Shown here piece by piece: positions 46,503-56,522 of a stretch of 64,000 nt of DNA. Source of the DNA: Nitrosomonas sp. (GTDB lineage Bacteria > Pseudomonadota > Gammaproteobacteria > Burkholderiales > Nitrosomonadaceae); the NCBI GenBank assembly GCA_021774075.1, contig JAJFJK010000038.1, positions 4,880-68,879 of the forward strand. Reading direction: 5' to 3'. The translations under genes and the position numbers were made by a program. The notes beneath the pieces are model-generated. The model was not told the origin of the DNA, searched no databases, and was given only the letters and a program-made list of their open reading frames with translations. The number at the start of each line of letters is the position of its first letter. Within the stretch, counting starts at the first letter, position 1.

Positions 46503-47222
46503 ATGTCTACACGGCACATATCAAAAGAGCGGGCCGTTGCAATGCTCTCGGCGGTCAAGGAATTTCAAGGTTTGTCTTTAGTAGACTTGGAAACGATCAA
46601 TGAGGCTTGTAACTGGCAGCGTTATGAGGCGAATGAAGATATCGTCAGATATCATGATCATACGAATAGCGCGTTCTTCATTGCGCAGGGTGAAATTCGT
46701 GTCTCGTATAGTGCCTTGTCAGGCCATGAGGTCATTTTATGCGACTTGTCGGCTGGTGAGATGTTTGGTGAGTTGACGGCGATTGATGGCGAGCCCCGCT
46801 CGGCTTCTGTTGTTGCGAAAATAAGTACATTATTGGCTTGCATGCCAGCGGCTGCTTTTTTGAATTTAATTTCTTCGAATCGGCAAGTTGCCGAGGCGAT
46901 CCTCAAACGTCTGACGGGACAAATTCGCCGTCTTACCGAGCGGGTTTATGATTTCAGTACATTGGCTGTGCGTAATCGTATTCAAGCTGAAATATTGCGT
47001 TTGGCACGAAATAATATGACCGTCGACAATACAGCGGTTATTTCCCCTGCACCCACACATTTGGATGTCGCTAATTTTGTCAGTACACATCGTGAGGCAG
47101 TGACGCGTGAGCTGAAACATTTAGCCGGAGAGAGTCTGGTTATTCGCAAGGGCCAGGATTTGCATGTGCTGGATGTCGGCAGATTAGCCGACATGGTTAA
47201 TGAAGTGCGGGGTTGTAGTTAG
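46503..47222 (+). CDS. Crp/Fnr-family cNMP-binding transcriptional regulator
   Basis: cNMP-binding site FGELTAIDGEPRSASVVA. HTH with recognition helix HREAVTRELK (CRP-like RE..R). The stop codon TAG lies inside the terminal repeat of the adjacent MITE. Confidence 0.85.
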   Translation: MSTRHISKERAVAMLSAVKEFQGLSLVDLETINEACNWQRYEANEDIVRYHDHTNSAFFIAQGEIRVSYSALSGHEVILCDLSAGEMFGELTAIDGEPRSASVVAKISTLLACMPAAAFLNLISSNRQVAEAILKRLTGQIRRLTERVYDFSTLAVRNRIQAEILRLARNNMTVDNTAVISPAPTHLDVANFVSTHREAVTRELKHLAGESLVIRKGQDLHVLDVGRLADMVNEVRGCS

Positions 47223-47384
47223 GAGGCTGTCCGAGAATAGAATAATCTACTGCGGAAAAGCCATATTGGTCATATTTTCCGATCATTTTCGTTAAATAGA
47301 AAAACTATTCGCCTCAAATGATCAAAAAATCTGTCTCAAAATGGCTTTCCCTCGCTACGATTACTATTCTCGGACCGCCTCCTG
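47220..47384 (+). mobile_element. MITE-like element, family B, copy 1 (~165 bp)
   Basis: TIRs TAGGAGGCTGTCCGAGAATAG ... CTATTCTCGGACCGCCTCCTG. The whole element is an imperfect palindrome and is the reverse complement of 54778-54943. Confidence 0.75.
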
Positions 47385-47463
47385 GTACTCCTTCAATATA
47401 AATTAGCCGGAATACTAGAAATTTTCATGTTATTCAATCATTGATCTATTAAGCCTCGTCTAA

Positions 47464-48753
47464 TTGTGGCAAACTTCTAGCCTAATTTATCACTGGCTTA
47501 TTTTATTCGTGTCTGCTTACGAGCTTTTCATTGGTTTGCGTTATACACGTGCTAAACGCCGCAACCACTTCATTTCATTTATCTCATTAATTTCCTTATT
47601 GGGTATCACGCTGGGAATGACTGCGCTCATTACCGTGATGTCTGTTATGAATGGTTTTCAGGAAGAGGTGCGTGCGCGTATTCTCGGCGTGGCGTCGCAT
47701 GTGCAGGTGAGTGGTATGGATGGCACCCTAAACAATTGGCCACGTACTGCGGCTGAAGCGGCTCAGCACCCATTCGTGGAAGGTGTTGCGCCGTATGTGA
47801 GTGCGCAGGGCATGTTGTCACATAATCAAGTGGTGCAAGGCGTGATTGTGCGTGGGATTCTGCCGGATAGAGAGGATGACGTGGCGGATTTTGCCGATTT
47901 GATGGTCAGTGGTGAGCTGAATCATCTGGTGCCGGGAGAGTTTGGTATCGTCATTGGTATGGAATTGGCGCGTTCGATGGGTGCTTTCAGGGGCGACAGG
48001 ATTGTATTAATTTCGCCGCAGGGCCAGGTCACACCGGCGGGTATATTGCCGCGCCTGAAACAGTTTACCGTTGTCGGGATTTTTGAGGCCGGGCATTTTG
48101 AATATGATTCGGGATTGGTGTTGATTCATATGGCGGATGCGCAGAATCTCTATCGTATGGGTGATGATGTTTCTGGTGTACGCTTGAAGTTGCATGATAT
48201 GTTTCAAGCGCCACAGGTGGTTGCGGAACTGCCCGCCATTGTGTCGAACACTGTTTTTATCAGCGATTGGACACGCCAACATGCCAATTATTTCCGCGCG
48301 ATACAAATTGAGAAACGCATGTTATCGTTGATTCTCGCCTTGATTATTGCGGTTGCGGCATTCAATATTGTTTCCACACTGGTGATGGCGGTTACCGATA
48401 AACAATCCGACATTGCGATTCTACGCACACTGGGTGCCAGCCCGCGCAGTATTATGAAAGTGTTTATTGTGCAGGGCACTTTCATCGGAGTTTTTGGCAC
48501 TATTCTGGGCGTTGTTGGCGGTGTGCTACTGGCTTATAACGTGGGGGAAGTGGTGGCATTTATTGAATGGCTATTCAGTGTGCAATTCCTGTCGCATGAA
48601 ATTTATTACATCAGTAAGATCCCAACCGACCCACAGCTCAACGATATCGTAACCGTCGCGGTGGTTTCCTTCATTTTAAGTTTGCTGGCAACCATTTATC
48701 CGAGTTATCGCGCGTCCAAAGTGAATCCGGCAGAGGCGCTGCGCTATGAGTAA
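47464..48753 (+). CDS. Lipoprotein-releasing system permease, LolC/E family (probable GTG start at 47509)
   Basis: [24 protein letters not shown]-terminal signature. MacB/FtsX-type 4-TM topology with a periplasmic domain. Followed by lolD with overlapping stop/start. Confidence 0.9.
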   Translation: MWQTSSLIYHWLILFVSAYELFIGLRYTRAKRRNHFISFISLISLLGITLGMTALITVMSVMNGFQEEVRARILGVASHVQVSGMDGTLNNWPRTAAEAAQHPFVEGVAPYVSAQGMLSHNQVVQGVIVRGILPDREDDVADFADLMVSGELNHLVPGEFGIVIGMELARSMGAFRGDRIVLISPQGQVTPAGILPRLKQFTVVGIFEAGHFEYDSGLVLIHMADAQNLYRMGDDVSGVRLKLHDMFQAPQVVAELPAIVSNTVFISDWTRQHANYFRAIQIEKRMLSLILALIIAVAAFNIVSTLVMAVTDKQSDIAILRTLGASPRSIMKVFIVQGTFIGVFGTILGVVGGVLLAYNVGEVVAFIEWLFSVQFLSHEIYYISKIPTDPQLNDIVTVAVVSFILSLLATIYPSYRASKVNPAEALRYE

Positions 48754-49441
48754 TATCGTGCTTTCCTGCCATGACTTGCATAAAAGTTTTTTTCAAGGTG
48801 AGTTAGAGGTGCCGGTACTGAAGGGCGTGAATCTGCAATTGGCTAAAGGTGAAATGATGGCCATTGTCGGCGCTTCCGGTTCGGGTAAAAGTACCTTACT
48901 GCATTTATTAGGTGGGCTGGATGAACCCACTAGTGGCGAGATAAATATTTTAGGTCAAAATATTGCCGGGATTGATGAAGAAAAGAAATGCCAATTGCGC
49001 AATGGTTCGCTGGGTTTCATCTATCAATTCCATCATTTGTTGCCAGAATTCAGTGCGCTAGAGAATGTGGCTATGCCGTTGCTGATCAGGCGGCTGAAAA
49101 AAAGCGAGGCTTATGATCGCGCCACAGAAATATTGCAACAAGTTGGTCTGGCGCATCGCTTAACGCATACGCCCAGCGAGTTATCGGGTGGTGAACGTCA
49201 ACGTGCTGCGGTAGCACGCGCACTGGTGACGCAACCGGCCTGTATTCTGGCGGATGAGCCAACCGGCAACCTTGACCGGCAAACGGCAGAAGGTGTTTTT
49301 GAATTAATGCTGACGTTGAATCAAAAAGCCAATGCCAGTTTGATTATTGTCACGCATGATTTGCAACTCGCGCATCGTGCAGAGCATGTGAAACAACTGG
49401 TTGATGGCGTGTTGTGTGATGTATCAAAATTGAAGCAATGA
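48746..49441 (+). CDS. lolD: Lipoprotein-releasing system ATP-binding protein LolD
   Basis: [26 protein letters not shown] and [11 protein letters not shown] motifs. Overlaps the upstream LolC/E gene. Confidence 0.9.
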   Translation: MSNIVLSCHDLHKSFFQGELEVPVLKGVNLQLAKGEMMAIVGASGSGKSTLLHLLGGLDEPTSGEINILGQNIAGIDEEKKCQLRNGSLGFIYQFHHLLPEFSALENVAMPLLIRRLKKSEAYDRATEILQQVGLAHRLTHTPSELSGGERQRAAVARALVTQPACILADEPTGNLDRQTAEGVFELMLTLNQKANASLIIVTHDLQLAHRAEHVKQLVDGVLCDVSKLKQ

Positions 49442-49486
49442 TCGCATATTTTATTTCCCCCCTTATTGAATATTCTTAGTTAGTTT

Positions 49487-51205
49487 ATGCGCACCCTTTT
49501 TACTTATATTATGGTTTTTCCCCGGCGCAGCGCTTTCGTGTTGTTTGCGCTGTTGATGGCCGGTATTGCTGAAGCGCTCAGTTTGACGGCTTTACTGCCT
49601 TTGTTGTCGATAGCGGTGGGAGAAACGAGTGATTCAGGGATCGGTAAATTTATGGGCGACGCGCTGCTGAGTATTGGTATCGAACCGACCTTGGATATGA
49701 TATTGATCTTTATTGTTGGCGGCATGTTTACCAAGGGATTGATCCTGCTTATTGCGAATCGTCAGGTGGGTTACACCGTTGCACATGTCGCCACGGCCTT
49801 GCGCTTGAATTTGATTGAAGCGTTGCTGGCCAGCCGCTGGCAGTATTACTTGCGTCAACCGGTTGGTTCATTGGCTAATTCAGTGGCAACGGAAGCCTAT
49901 CGTGCAGCCAACGGGTTTGAGCATAGTGTGAATGTTTTGGCCTTATCCGTACAAGTGTTTGTTTATGCGATAGTGGCATTGTTTATCTCCTGGCAAGCTA
50001 CCTTGGCTTCGCTTTTTATCGGGCTGTTTTTATTGATTGCATTAAATCGTTTGGTGCGTGCGACGCGCCGGGCTGGTAACAAGCAAACACAATTACTGCG
50101 TGATTTGTTATCTTATTTATCTGACGTACTAGGTTCCGTAAAATCACTCAAGGCAATGGCGCGTGATAATGTTGCTGATGCCATTTTGCATGATCAAACC
50201 AAACAACTGGAAAAAGCCACGCGTCGCGAGGTGATGAACAGAGCAGCTTTGGCAGCTTTGCAAGAACCGATTCTGACCGCGCTGACAGCGGCTGGCTTAT
50301 ATCTTGCATTAGTCGTTTGGGAGCTTTCTTTGCCGGAAGTCATGGTGATGGTTTTTTTGCTCACGCGTATTCTTGGGTTACTTAATAAGACCCAACGCCG
50401 GTATCAACAATTGACCGTGCAGGAAAGCGCCTATTGGGCGCTGCGCAAAGCAGCGGAAGACGCGGCAGCCGAAGCGGAGAATACAACCGGAATACTGGAA
50501 CCAACGTTGCAGAAAGGGATTACGCTACAGCATGTCAAATTTGATTACGGCGACAAAACAATTTTCAAAGACTTGAATATCGAAATACCGATCAATTCGT
50601 TTACCGCTGTGATGGGGCCGTCCGGTGCGGGTAAAAGCACCTTGCTCGATTTGCTGTGCGGATTGACTGAACCCGGTTCGGGTGAAATTAAAATTGACGG
50701 GGTGTCACTGCACGATATTAATTTACGCCAATGGCGTCATATGATCGGCTATGTGTCTCAAGACACTATCTTGTTACATGACAGCGTTATGAATAACATC
50801 ATAGTAGGCGAGCCTTCATTGACGGCAGAAGATGCCGAACGTGCATTACGCCAAGCGGGAGCGTGGGATTTTGTTAGTAAACTGTCAGATGGGATGCAAA
50901 CCACAGTTGGAGAGCGTGGCGGCATGTTGTCAGGCGGACAGCGTCAACGTATCGCCATCGCGCGCGCACTGGCCCATAGCCCTTCCTTCCTGATTATGGA
51001 TGAACCAACCAGCGCCCTGGACCCGGAAAGCGAACAAACCATCTGTGAAACATTACAGGAATTGTCAAAAGACTTAACGATTATCGCCGTATCGCACCAG
51101 CCTGCTGTCATCAATGCGGCGGATAATGTGTTTATCCTGTCGAATGGGGAAGCAGAAGCGTTGTCGCATGTGCCGGATATGCATGAATCCGGTAGGTTGC
51201 AATAA
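49487..51205 (+). CDS. ABC exporter, fused permease/ATPase (MsbA-like, 572 aa)
   Basis: 6-TM N-terminal domain. NBD with GPSGAGKSTLL, LSGGQRQRIAIARAL and IMDEPTSALD. No peptidase domain. Confidence 0.85.
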   Translation: MRTLFTYIMVFPRRSAFVLFALLMAGIAEALSLTALLPLLSIAVGETSDSGIGKFMGDALLSIGIEPTLDMILIFIVGGMFTKGLILLIANRQVGYTVAHVATALRLNLIEALLASRWQYYLRQPVGSLANSVATEAYRAANGFEHSVNVLALSVQVFVYAIVALFISWQATLASLFIGLFLLIALNRLVRATRRAGNKQTQLLRDLLSYLSDVLGSVKSLKAMARDNVADAILHDQTKQLEKATRREVMNRAALAALQEPILTALTAAGLYLALVVWELSLPEVMVMVFLLTRILGLLNKTQRRYQQLTVQESAYWALRKAAEDAAAEAENTTGILEPTLQKGITLQHVKFDYGDKTIFKDLNIEIPINSFTAVMGPSGAGKSTLLDLLCGLTEPGSGEIKIDGVSLHDINLRQWRHMIGYVSQDTILLHDSVMNNIIVGEPSLTAEDAERALRQAGAWDFVSKLSDGMQTTVGERGGMLSGGQRQRIAIARALAHSPSFLIMDEPTSALDPESEQTICETLQELSKDLTIIAVSHQPAVINAADNVFILSNGEAEALSHVPDMHESGRLQ

Positions 51206-51294
51206 TCAAAGAATACTGCATCACACAGTGCTGAGGTATTATTCTCCTAGAATTCCTGAGTATTGAAGCAATGGATGCCGCCATTTCAGGACTG

Positions 51295-51314
51295 GTTTCT
51301 TAATCTTAAGAAAC
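51295..51314. terminator. Palindromic hairpin between convergent genes (possible bidirectional terminator)
   Basis: gtttcttaa tc ttaagaaac is a perfect 9-bp stem. It is AT-rich, so it is a weak call. Confidence 0.35.
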
Positions 51315-51329
51315 TCAGTTCAATGGTGT

Positions 51330-52571
51330 TTAAGGTTGCGCGAACAACTCAGCTTTTATCCTGGCAATACGCGCCTTGCGCACATTGGCATTAATGGCAT
51401 CAGCCAGACGCGTAGTGCCATCATGTTTTTCTGTGAGTCCGATTGCGATTTCGCCGGCATTGACGCTGGTTGCGGCAATATATGCCTGGTTTAAGTGTGC
51501 AAACGGAATATAGGTTTTTTTCGCATAGCCCGGGCGACCATGAAAATCACAGGCGCAGGCTTGTAAAAATTCATTGAAGCGTCCAGGTTTTCGGTAAGCA
51601 TCGACGGCTTGCAACATGTCAGCGATGGTTGATGCTTTCAACTCGGTGGCACGGTGCACATTGCCGTGAAAGCGCGCGACCAGCAAAGCAAGTTGGCGTG
51701 ATTCTTTGGGTATTCTGATGCGCTCACATAAGCCTTCGACCAAATCCACGCTACGTGCCTCATGGCCAATATGGCGCGGCCATTCCTCCGGTGGTGTGGT
51801 GCCTTTGCCGAGGTCATGAGTCAATGCGGCAAAACGCACGGCCAGTGAGTAATTTTTTGCGGCGGCATGATCGATTGCCAGCATGATATGTAAACCGGTA
51901 TCTATTTCCGGATGGGCATGTGGCGGTTGTGGGACGCCAAACAATACGTCAACCTCAGGGATTATGCGGGCCAGCGCACTGCATTCACGCAGTATATAGA
52001 ACATACGTGATGGGTTGTCTTCCATCAAGCCTCTTGAAAGCTCTTGCCAAACACGTTCTGCAACCAAGGCGTCGACTTCACCGCTATGCACCATTTCATT
52101 CATCAGTGTCAGTGTTTCCGGTGCAATTTGAAAACTGAAACGTGCGGCAAAACGGGCGGTTCTCAGAATGCGTACGGGATCTTCAGAAAATGCCGGGCTG
52201 ATATGGCGGAGAATACCGGCTTCCAGGTCAGCCACGCCATTAAACGGGTCAATAATATTGCCGTCCTCATCCTTGGCAATGGCATTTATCGTTAAGTCGC
52301 GTCGCGCCAGGTCTTCTTGCAGTGTCACTTCAGGCGAAGCAAATACCTCGAAGCCTTTGTACCCACGGGAAACTTTTCGTTCAGTACGCGCCAGTGCATA
52401 CTGTTCATGTGTTTGGGGATGCAAAAATACCGGAAAGTCTTTGCCAACCGGGCGATAGCCCAGTTGTATCATTTCTTCCGGGGTCGACCCAACGACGACA
52501 TAGTCATGATCTGTTATGGCTAGTCCCAATAATTCGTCGCGAACTGAACCGCCCACCAAGTAAGTTTTCAA
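51330..52571 (-). CDS. cca: Multifunctional CCA-adding tRNA nucleotidyltransferase with HD domain
   Basis: MKTYLVGGSVRDELLG N-terminus, RDLTINA motif and an HD-domain segment (LTHDLGKG). Confidence 0.93.
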   Translation of the reverse strand: MKTYLVGGSVRDELLGLAITDHDYVVVGSTPEEMIQLGYRPVGKDFPVFLHPQTHEQYALARTERKVSRGYKGFEVFASPEVTLQEDLARRDLTINAIAKDEDGNIIDPFNGVADLEAGILRHISPAFSEDPVRILRTARFAARFSFQIAPETLTLMNEMVHSGEVDALVAERVWQELSRGLMEDNPSRMFYILRECSALARIIPEVDVLFGVPQPPHAHPEIDTGLHIMLAIDHAAAKNYSLAVRFAALTHDLGKGTTPPEEWPRHIGHEARSVDLVEGLCERIRIPKESRQLALLVARFHGNVHRATELKASTIADMLQAVDAYRKPGRFNEFLQACACDFHGRPGYAKKTYIPFAHLNQAYIAATSVNAGEIAIGLTEKHDGTTRLADAINANVRKARIARIKAELFAQP

Positions 52572-52619
52572 TGTGCAGAATAAAGCTGAATGGTTAGAGA
52601 AAATAGCCTATTGGGCGCC

Positions 52620-54542
52620 CTATTTTGAATTAACCACGCCAAGGCGTTGTTTTAGCGTTGGTCTATTGTGGTCATGTTGCAAGACTTTGGCATAATACAT
52701 TGAGTTTTTCAAAACCTTTTTTACATAGTCGCGTGTTTCATTGAAAGGAATGGTTTCAGCGTAGATTGCGCCTTCCAATTGTTTCGTGTCATCGCGCCAG
52801 CGCCGGGCGCGGCCCGGGCCAGCGTTATAGGCGGCAGAGGCTAACAGGGGTTGATTATCCAGGTCATTAAGAACATGTTTCAGATAATAAGTGCCCAGGC
52901 GTAGATTTGTATTCACGTCACTGACCAGGCTTTGTTTAAAATTGCGTAACCCCAATTGACTCGCGACCCATTTGGCTGTAGCCGGCATCAACTGCATCAA
53001 ACCTGTCGCGCCGGCACCGGATCTAATATCCGTGACAAAACGGCTTTCCTGGCGGATCAAGCCGAATACCCAGGCTTCATCAAGTTCCTGCTGTTGCAGG
53101 GCATCTTGTAATTGATCACGATAAGGCGCTAAAAAGCGCAGATTAAAATCATGGTGCAAAACAGTTCTGTTGGCTGCATTAATTGCGCGGTCATACAGTC
53201 CGTGGCGGCGTGCAACCTCTGAAGCCGCCAGTAATTCCATATCATTAAAGTCACGTAGCGCCCAGACCCATTCACGAAAGCCGTCAATACGTATATTCAA
53301 GCGATAAAAGGTCAATGTGCGTTGGATACCCGGTCGTTGTTGCATGGCTTGTATATCCGCCTCACTGATAAGGCTGACTGGGTCGGGCAGGCTGATAATG
53401 TCACCCAATTCTTCCTTGGCCAATTGTCCATAGAAATCAAGCTTCGTGCTTAAAGGAATAAGAATGTTATTGGCGGCTAGTAGATCACCTTTTTCTTTTA
53501 ATGCACGCGCTTTCCAGTAACGCCATGTTGTGTCCCGTTGTTCTCCATATGGCATGCTTGCGATGCTTTCCAACACCATATCCCAGTTTTGTACGCGTAA
53601 TGCACTACGTACTTGCCAAGTACGTAAGGTTTCTGTCAATGGATAGGGTGTTTGAGTATTCCTGGCCTCAATAAACCAATCCAGCGCACGCGGGTCATGT
53701 CTGAGCGCCGCGCGGTGTCCCAGTCTGCCCAGGAAATAGGATTGATCAGATTCGTTAAGCGATGCTTTGACTTTAGACCAATGTGCGTAAGCCTGATTGG
53801 TGTCATTGCGCAACAGGCGTAATAGTGCAAATAAAATAATTTCACGCTCGGCACGTGATTTTGGTGTGTTCTTTTGACGCTTTAAATACGCTAATGGATT
53901 CTGCGCTGCAGCATTTAGATTGCTGATACTCAATGCTGCTTTGCTGTGCAGGTGTCGATTAATATATCGCGCCACACTGGTTTGCCCAGCTTCTAATGAG
54001 ATCCTAATTCGAGACCAAATATCTTCAACAGTAACCTTGTTTTGAGATATTAATGCATTAAATACCGGTGTGCAGCTGTCCGGCATACTGTACGCATTAA
54101 ACCAAATTGGGAGGGCGTCTGTGAGTGCAGTATTATCGCCTGCAGCAAGACGTTGTTGTATTGAATAACATTGCAGTTCTATGTTGTCATTTACCAGGCG
54201 CGGGTATTCTGTTGCAAAAAGATCCCATTGTTGATTCTCGCCAAGAATTTCTAACCATTCCTCGCGTAAGCGATCAGCGATAAGCTCATTTTCATGACGG
54301 GCAAGAAAGGCTTTGACGGTGGCAGGTTCAGCAGCGCGTAGTTTTAAGCGTAATTGATAAAAATCAATGTAGGGTGCGAAAATATGCGAATGTAAGTTTT
54401 TTGCATGGCTGGCTAAAAGACTGGCATTGCCAGCCGAAAATGCTTTGCGTGCGGCTATAAAACTGCTGTCCTGGTCCGCCATGAGTGGGCCAGCATAAAT
54501 TAATAGCAGTAGTAATCCGAATAGATATTTTCTCATGGTCAA
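52620..54542 (-). CDS. slt: Soluble lytic murein transglycosylase (Slt70-like)
   Basis: Signal peptide, a superhelical U-domain and a C-terminal catalytic motif set: RQESRF, GLMQLMP, AYNAGPGR. Confidence 0.9.
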   Translation of the reverse strand: MTMRKYLFGLLLLLIYAGPLMADQDSSFIAARKAFSAGNASLLASHAKNLHSHIFAPYIDFYQLRLKLRAAEPATVKAFLARHENELIADRLREEWLEILGENQQWDLFATEYPRLVNDNIELQCYSIQQRLAAGDNTALTDALPIWFNAYSMPDSCTPVFNALISQNKVTVEDIWSRIRISLEAGQTSVARYINRHLHSKAALSISNLNAAAQNPLAYLKRQKNTPKSRAEREIILFALLRLLRNDTNQAYAHWSKVKASLNESDQSYFLGRLGHRAALRHDPRALDWFIEARNTQTPYPLTETLRTWQVRSALRVQNWDMVLESIASMPYGEQRDTTWRYWKARALKEKGDLLAANNILIPLSTKLDFYGQLAKEELGDIISLPDPVSLISEADIQAMQQRPGIQRTLTFYRLNIRIDGFREWVWALRDFNDMELLAASEVARRHGLYDRAINAANRTVLHHDFNLRFLAPYRDQLQDALQQQELDEAWVFGLIRQESRFVTDIRSGAGATGLMQLMPATAKWVASQLGLRNFKQSLVSDVNTNLRLGTYYLKHVLNDLDNQPLLASAAYNAGPGRARRWRDDTKQLEGAIYAETIPFNETRDYVKKVLKNSMYYAKVLQHDHNRPTLKQRLGVVNSK

Positions 54543-54777
54543 AATAAACTAAATGTAACGAGATAGAAGGACAGCTTAATAGTATAAGTTGTATCGTTAG
54601 TTTTTTTCGGAAGTTAAGGAAGTGCCGATTAATTCATGGGTCAATATCTGAGGGCTAAAATTTCTCATTTCTATTTGACCCAGAATTAATCGATATCTCC
54701 TTGAACTATCGCAGCCATGTCTGCGATAGTTTTTGTGTTGCATTTTTATTTCCCTCTGAGTCTTGGGAGGTTTTTGC

Positions 54778-54943
54778 TAGGAGGCTGTCCGAGAATAGTG
54801 GTCGTAGCGAGGGGAAGTAATTTTGAGGCAGATTTTTTGATCATTTTAGATTAATAGTTATTCTATTTAACGAAAATGATCGGGAAATCTGACCAAAATA
54901 GCTTTCCCGCAGTAGGTCATTCTATTCTCAGACAGCCTCCTAG
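54778..54943 (-). mobile_element. MITE-like element, family B, copy 2 (~166 bp, inverted relative to copy 1)
   Basis: TAGGAGGCTGTCCGAGAATAG ... CTATTCTCAGACAGCCTCCTA. The flanking TA dinucleotides are compatible with a TA target duplication. Confidence 0.75.
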
Positions 54944-54953
54944 TAGTAATAAA

Positions 54954-56297
54954 TTAGATCACACCTTGACCTAACATTGCGTCAGCTACTTTAACGAAAC
55001 CGGCGATGTTGGCACCATCAACATAATTAACGCTGCCATCAGGTTTGGTACCGTATTCCAAACAGGACTTATGGATGGCTTGCATAATTTCCAGCAGTCG
55101 CGCATCAACTTCATCATGTGTCCAGGCAAGGCGCATGGCATGTTGGCTCATCTCTAAACCTGAAGTGGCAACACCACCAGCATTGCTTGCTTTACCTGGC
55201 GCATAAAGCACTTTATTGTTATGGAAACATTCTACCGCCTCAGCCGTTGATGGCATATTTGCGCCTTCTGCAACACAAACCACACCATTATTGACCAGAA
55301 TTTGCGCATCTTCACCGCTGATTTCATTTTGCGTGGCACAAGGCAATGCAACTTCTACCGGCACATGCCAAGGTTTTGTGTTGGGCACAAAAGTTGCGTT
55401 GACACGTCTGGCGTATTCATCGACACGTGCATATAGTTTATTTTTCACTTCCGATAATATTTCGAGTTTTTCAGTGGTGAAACCGTCTTCATCAACGACT
55501 GTGCCGCTTGAATCTGAAATTGTAACCACCTTGGCACCCAGCGCCATGGCTTTTTCAATTGCAAACTGGGCAACATTGCCAGAGCCGGAAATAGAAACAC
55601 GTAGCCCATTAAATGAGCGTCCTGCATGTTTCAGCACTTCGTCAGCAAAATACACTGTGCCGTAGCCCGTTGCCTCAGGGCGTACCAGTGATCCGCCAAA
55701 ACTGAGGCCTTTGCCGGTAAAGATACAATCAGATTGATTCGCCAGTTTTTTTACCATACCGGCCATATAACCCACTTCACGTCCACCCACGCCAATATCA
55801 CCAGCCGGTACATCGGTGTTTGATCCAACGTGGCGGAATAATTCGCTTGCATATGCCTGACAGAAACGCATGATTTCACCAGGGCTTTTTCCCTTGGGAT
55901 CAAAATCCGAACCACCTTTGCCGCCGCCCATAGGCAGTGTTGTTAAGGCATTTTTAAAGGTTTGTTCAAATGCCAGGAATTTAAGAATAGAAAGGTTCAC
56001 TGACGGGTGGAAGCGTGTGCCGCCCTTGTATGGGCCAATCGAAGAGCTATGTTGTATACGATAACCACGATTTACTTTTACTTCATTTTGGTCGTCCACC
56101 CAGGCGACGCGGAATATAATGACGCGTTCTGGTTCCACCAGACGGTCTAAAACGCCATGTTCAGCATAGCATGGGTTTTCGGTGATGAAAGGCCACAGGC
56201 TTTCCATGACTTCTTTAACAGCTTGTATAAATTCCGGTTGGACTGGATTGCGTCCAGCAACATAATCGCTGAACTCCTGAAAACTTTGATATTTCAT
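54954..56297 (-). CDS. gdhA: NADP-specific glutamate dehydrogenase
   Basis: 447 aa with GGGKGGSDFDPKGKS and the dinucleotide-binging GSGNVAQ motif. Confidence 0.95.
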   Translation of the reverse strand: MKYQSFQEFSDYVAGRNPVQPEFIQAVKEVMESLWPFITENPCYAEHGVLDRLVEPERVIIFRVAWVDDQNEVKVNRGYRIQHSSSIGPYKGGTRFHPSVNLSILKFLAFEQTFKNALTTLPMGGGKGGSDFDPKGKSPGEIMRFCQAYASELFRHVGSNTDVPAGDIGVGGREVGYMAGMVKKLANQSDCIFTGKGLSFGGSLVRPEATGYGTVYFADEVLKHAGRSFNGLRVSISGSGNVAQFAIEKAMALGAKVVTISDSSGTVVDEDGFTTEKLEILSEVKNKLYARVDEYARRVNATFVPNTKPWHVPVEVALPCATQNEISGEDAQILVNNGVVCVAEGANMPSTAEAVECFHNNKVLYAPGKASNAGGVATSGLEMSQHAMRLAWTHDEVDARLLEIMQAIHKSCLEYGTKPDGSVNYVDGANIAGFVKVADAMLGQGVI

Positions 56298-56522
56298 ATA
56301 AATTTCCCCGATTGTATAAAGGTTATTAGCGAATGCCCAATTCTGCCAAATTAATGCATAAGCTGCACTGTATTTTTATAAAAAAATAGGATAAATGTTT
56401 AAGTTTTATTAAAATTCAAACTGAATTTCATAATTTTTATAGCAAAATAGTGCAAATTTTTAGAAATTTTTATAGGTGCAGCATTGTCTGAATAAAATGA
56501 AACGTATCAACATTAATAGCTT

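Noticed and set aside
49487-51205. The MsbA-like ABC exporter as a dedicated exporter for the small Cys peptides.
   Set aside because: It lacks a peptidase domain, is separated from the cluster by a MITE and by lolC/E-lolD, and appears to belong to the housekeeping block.
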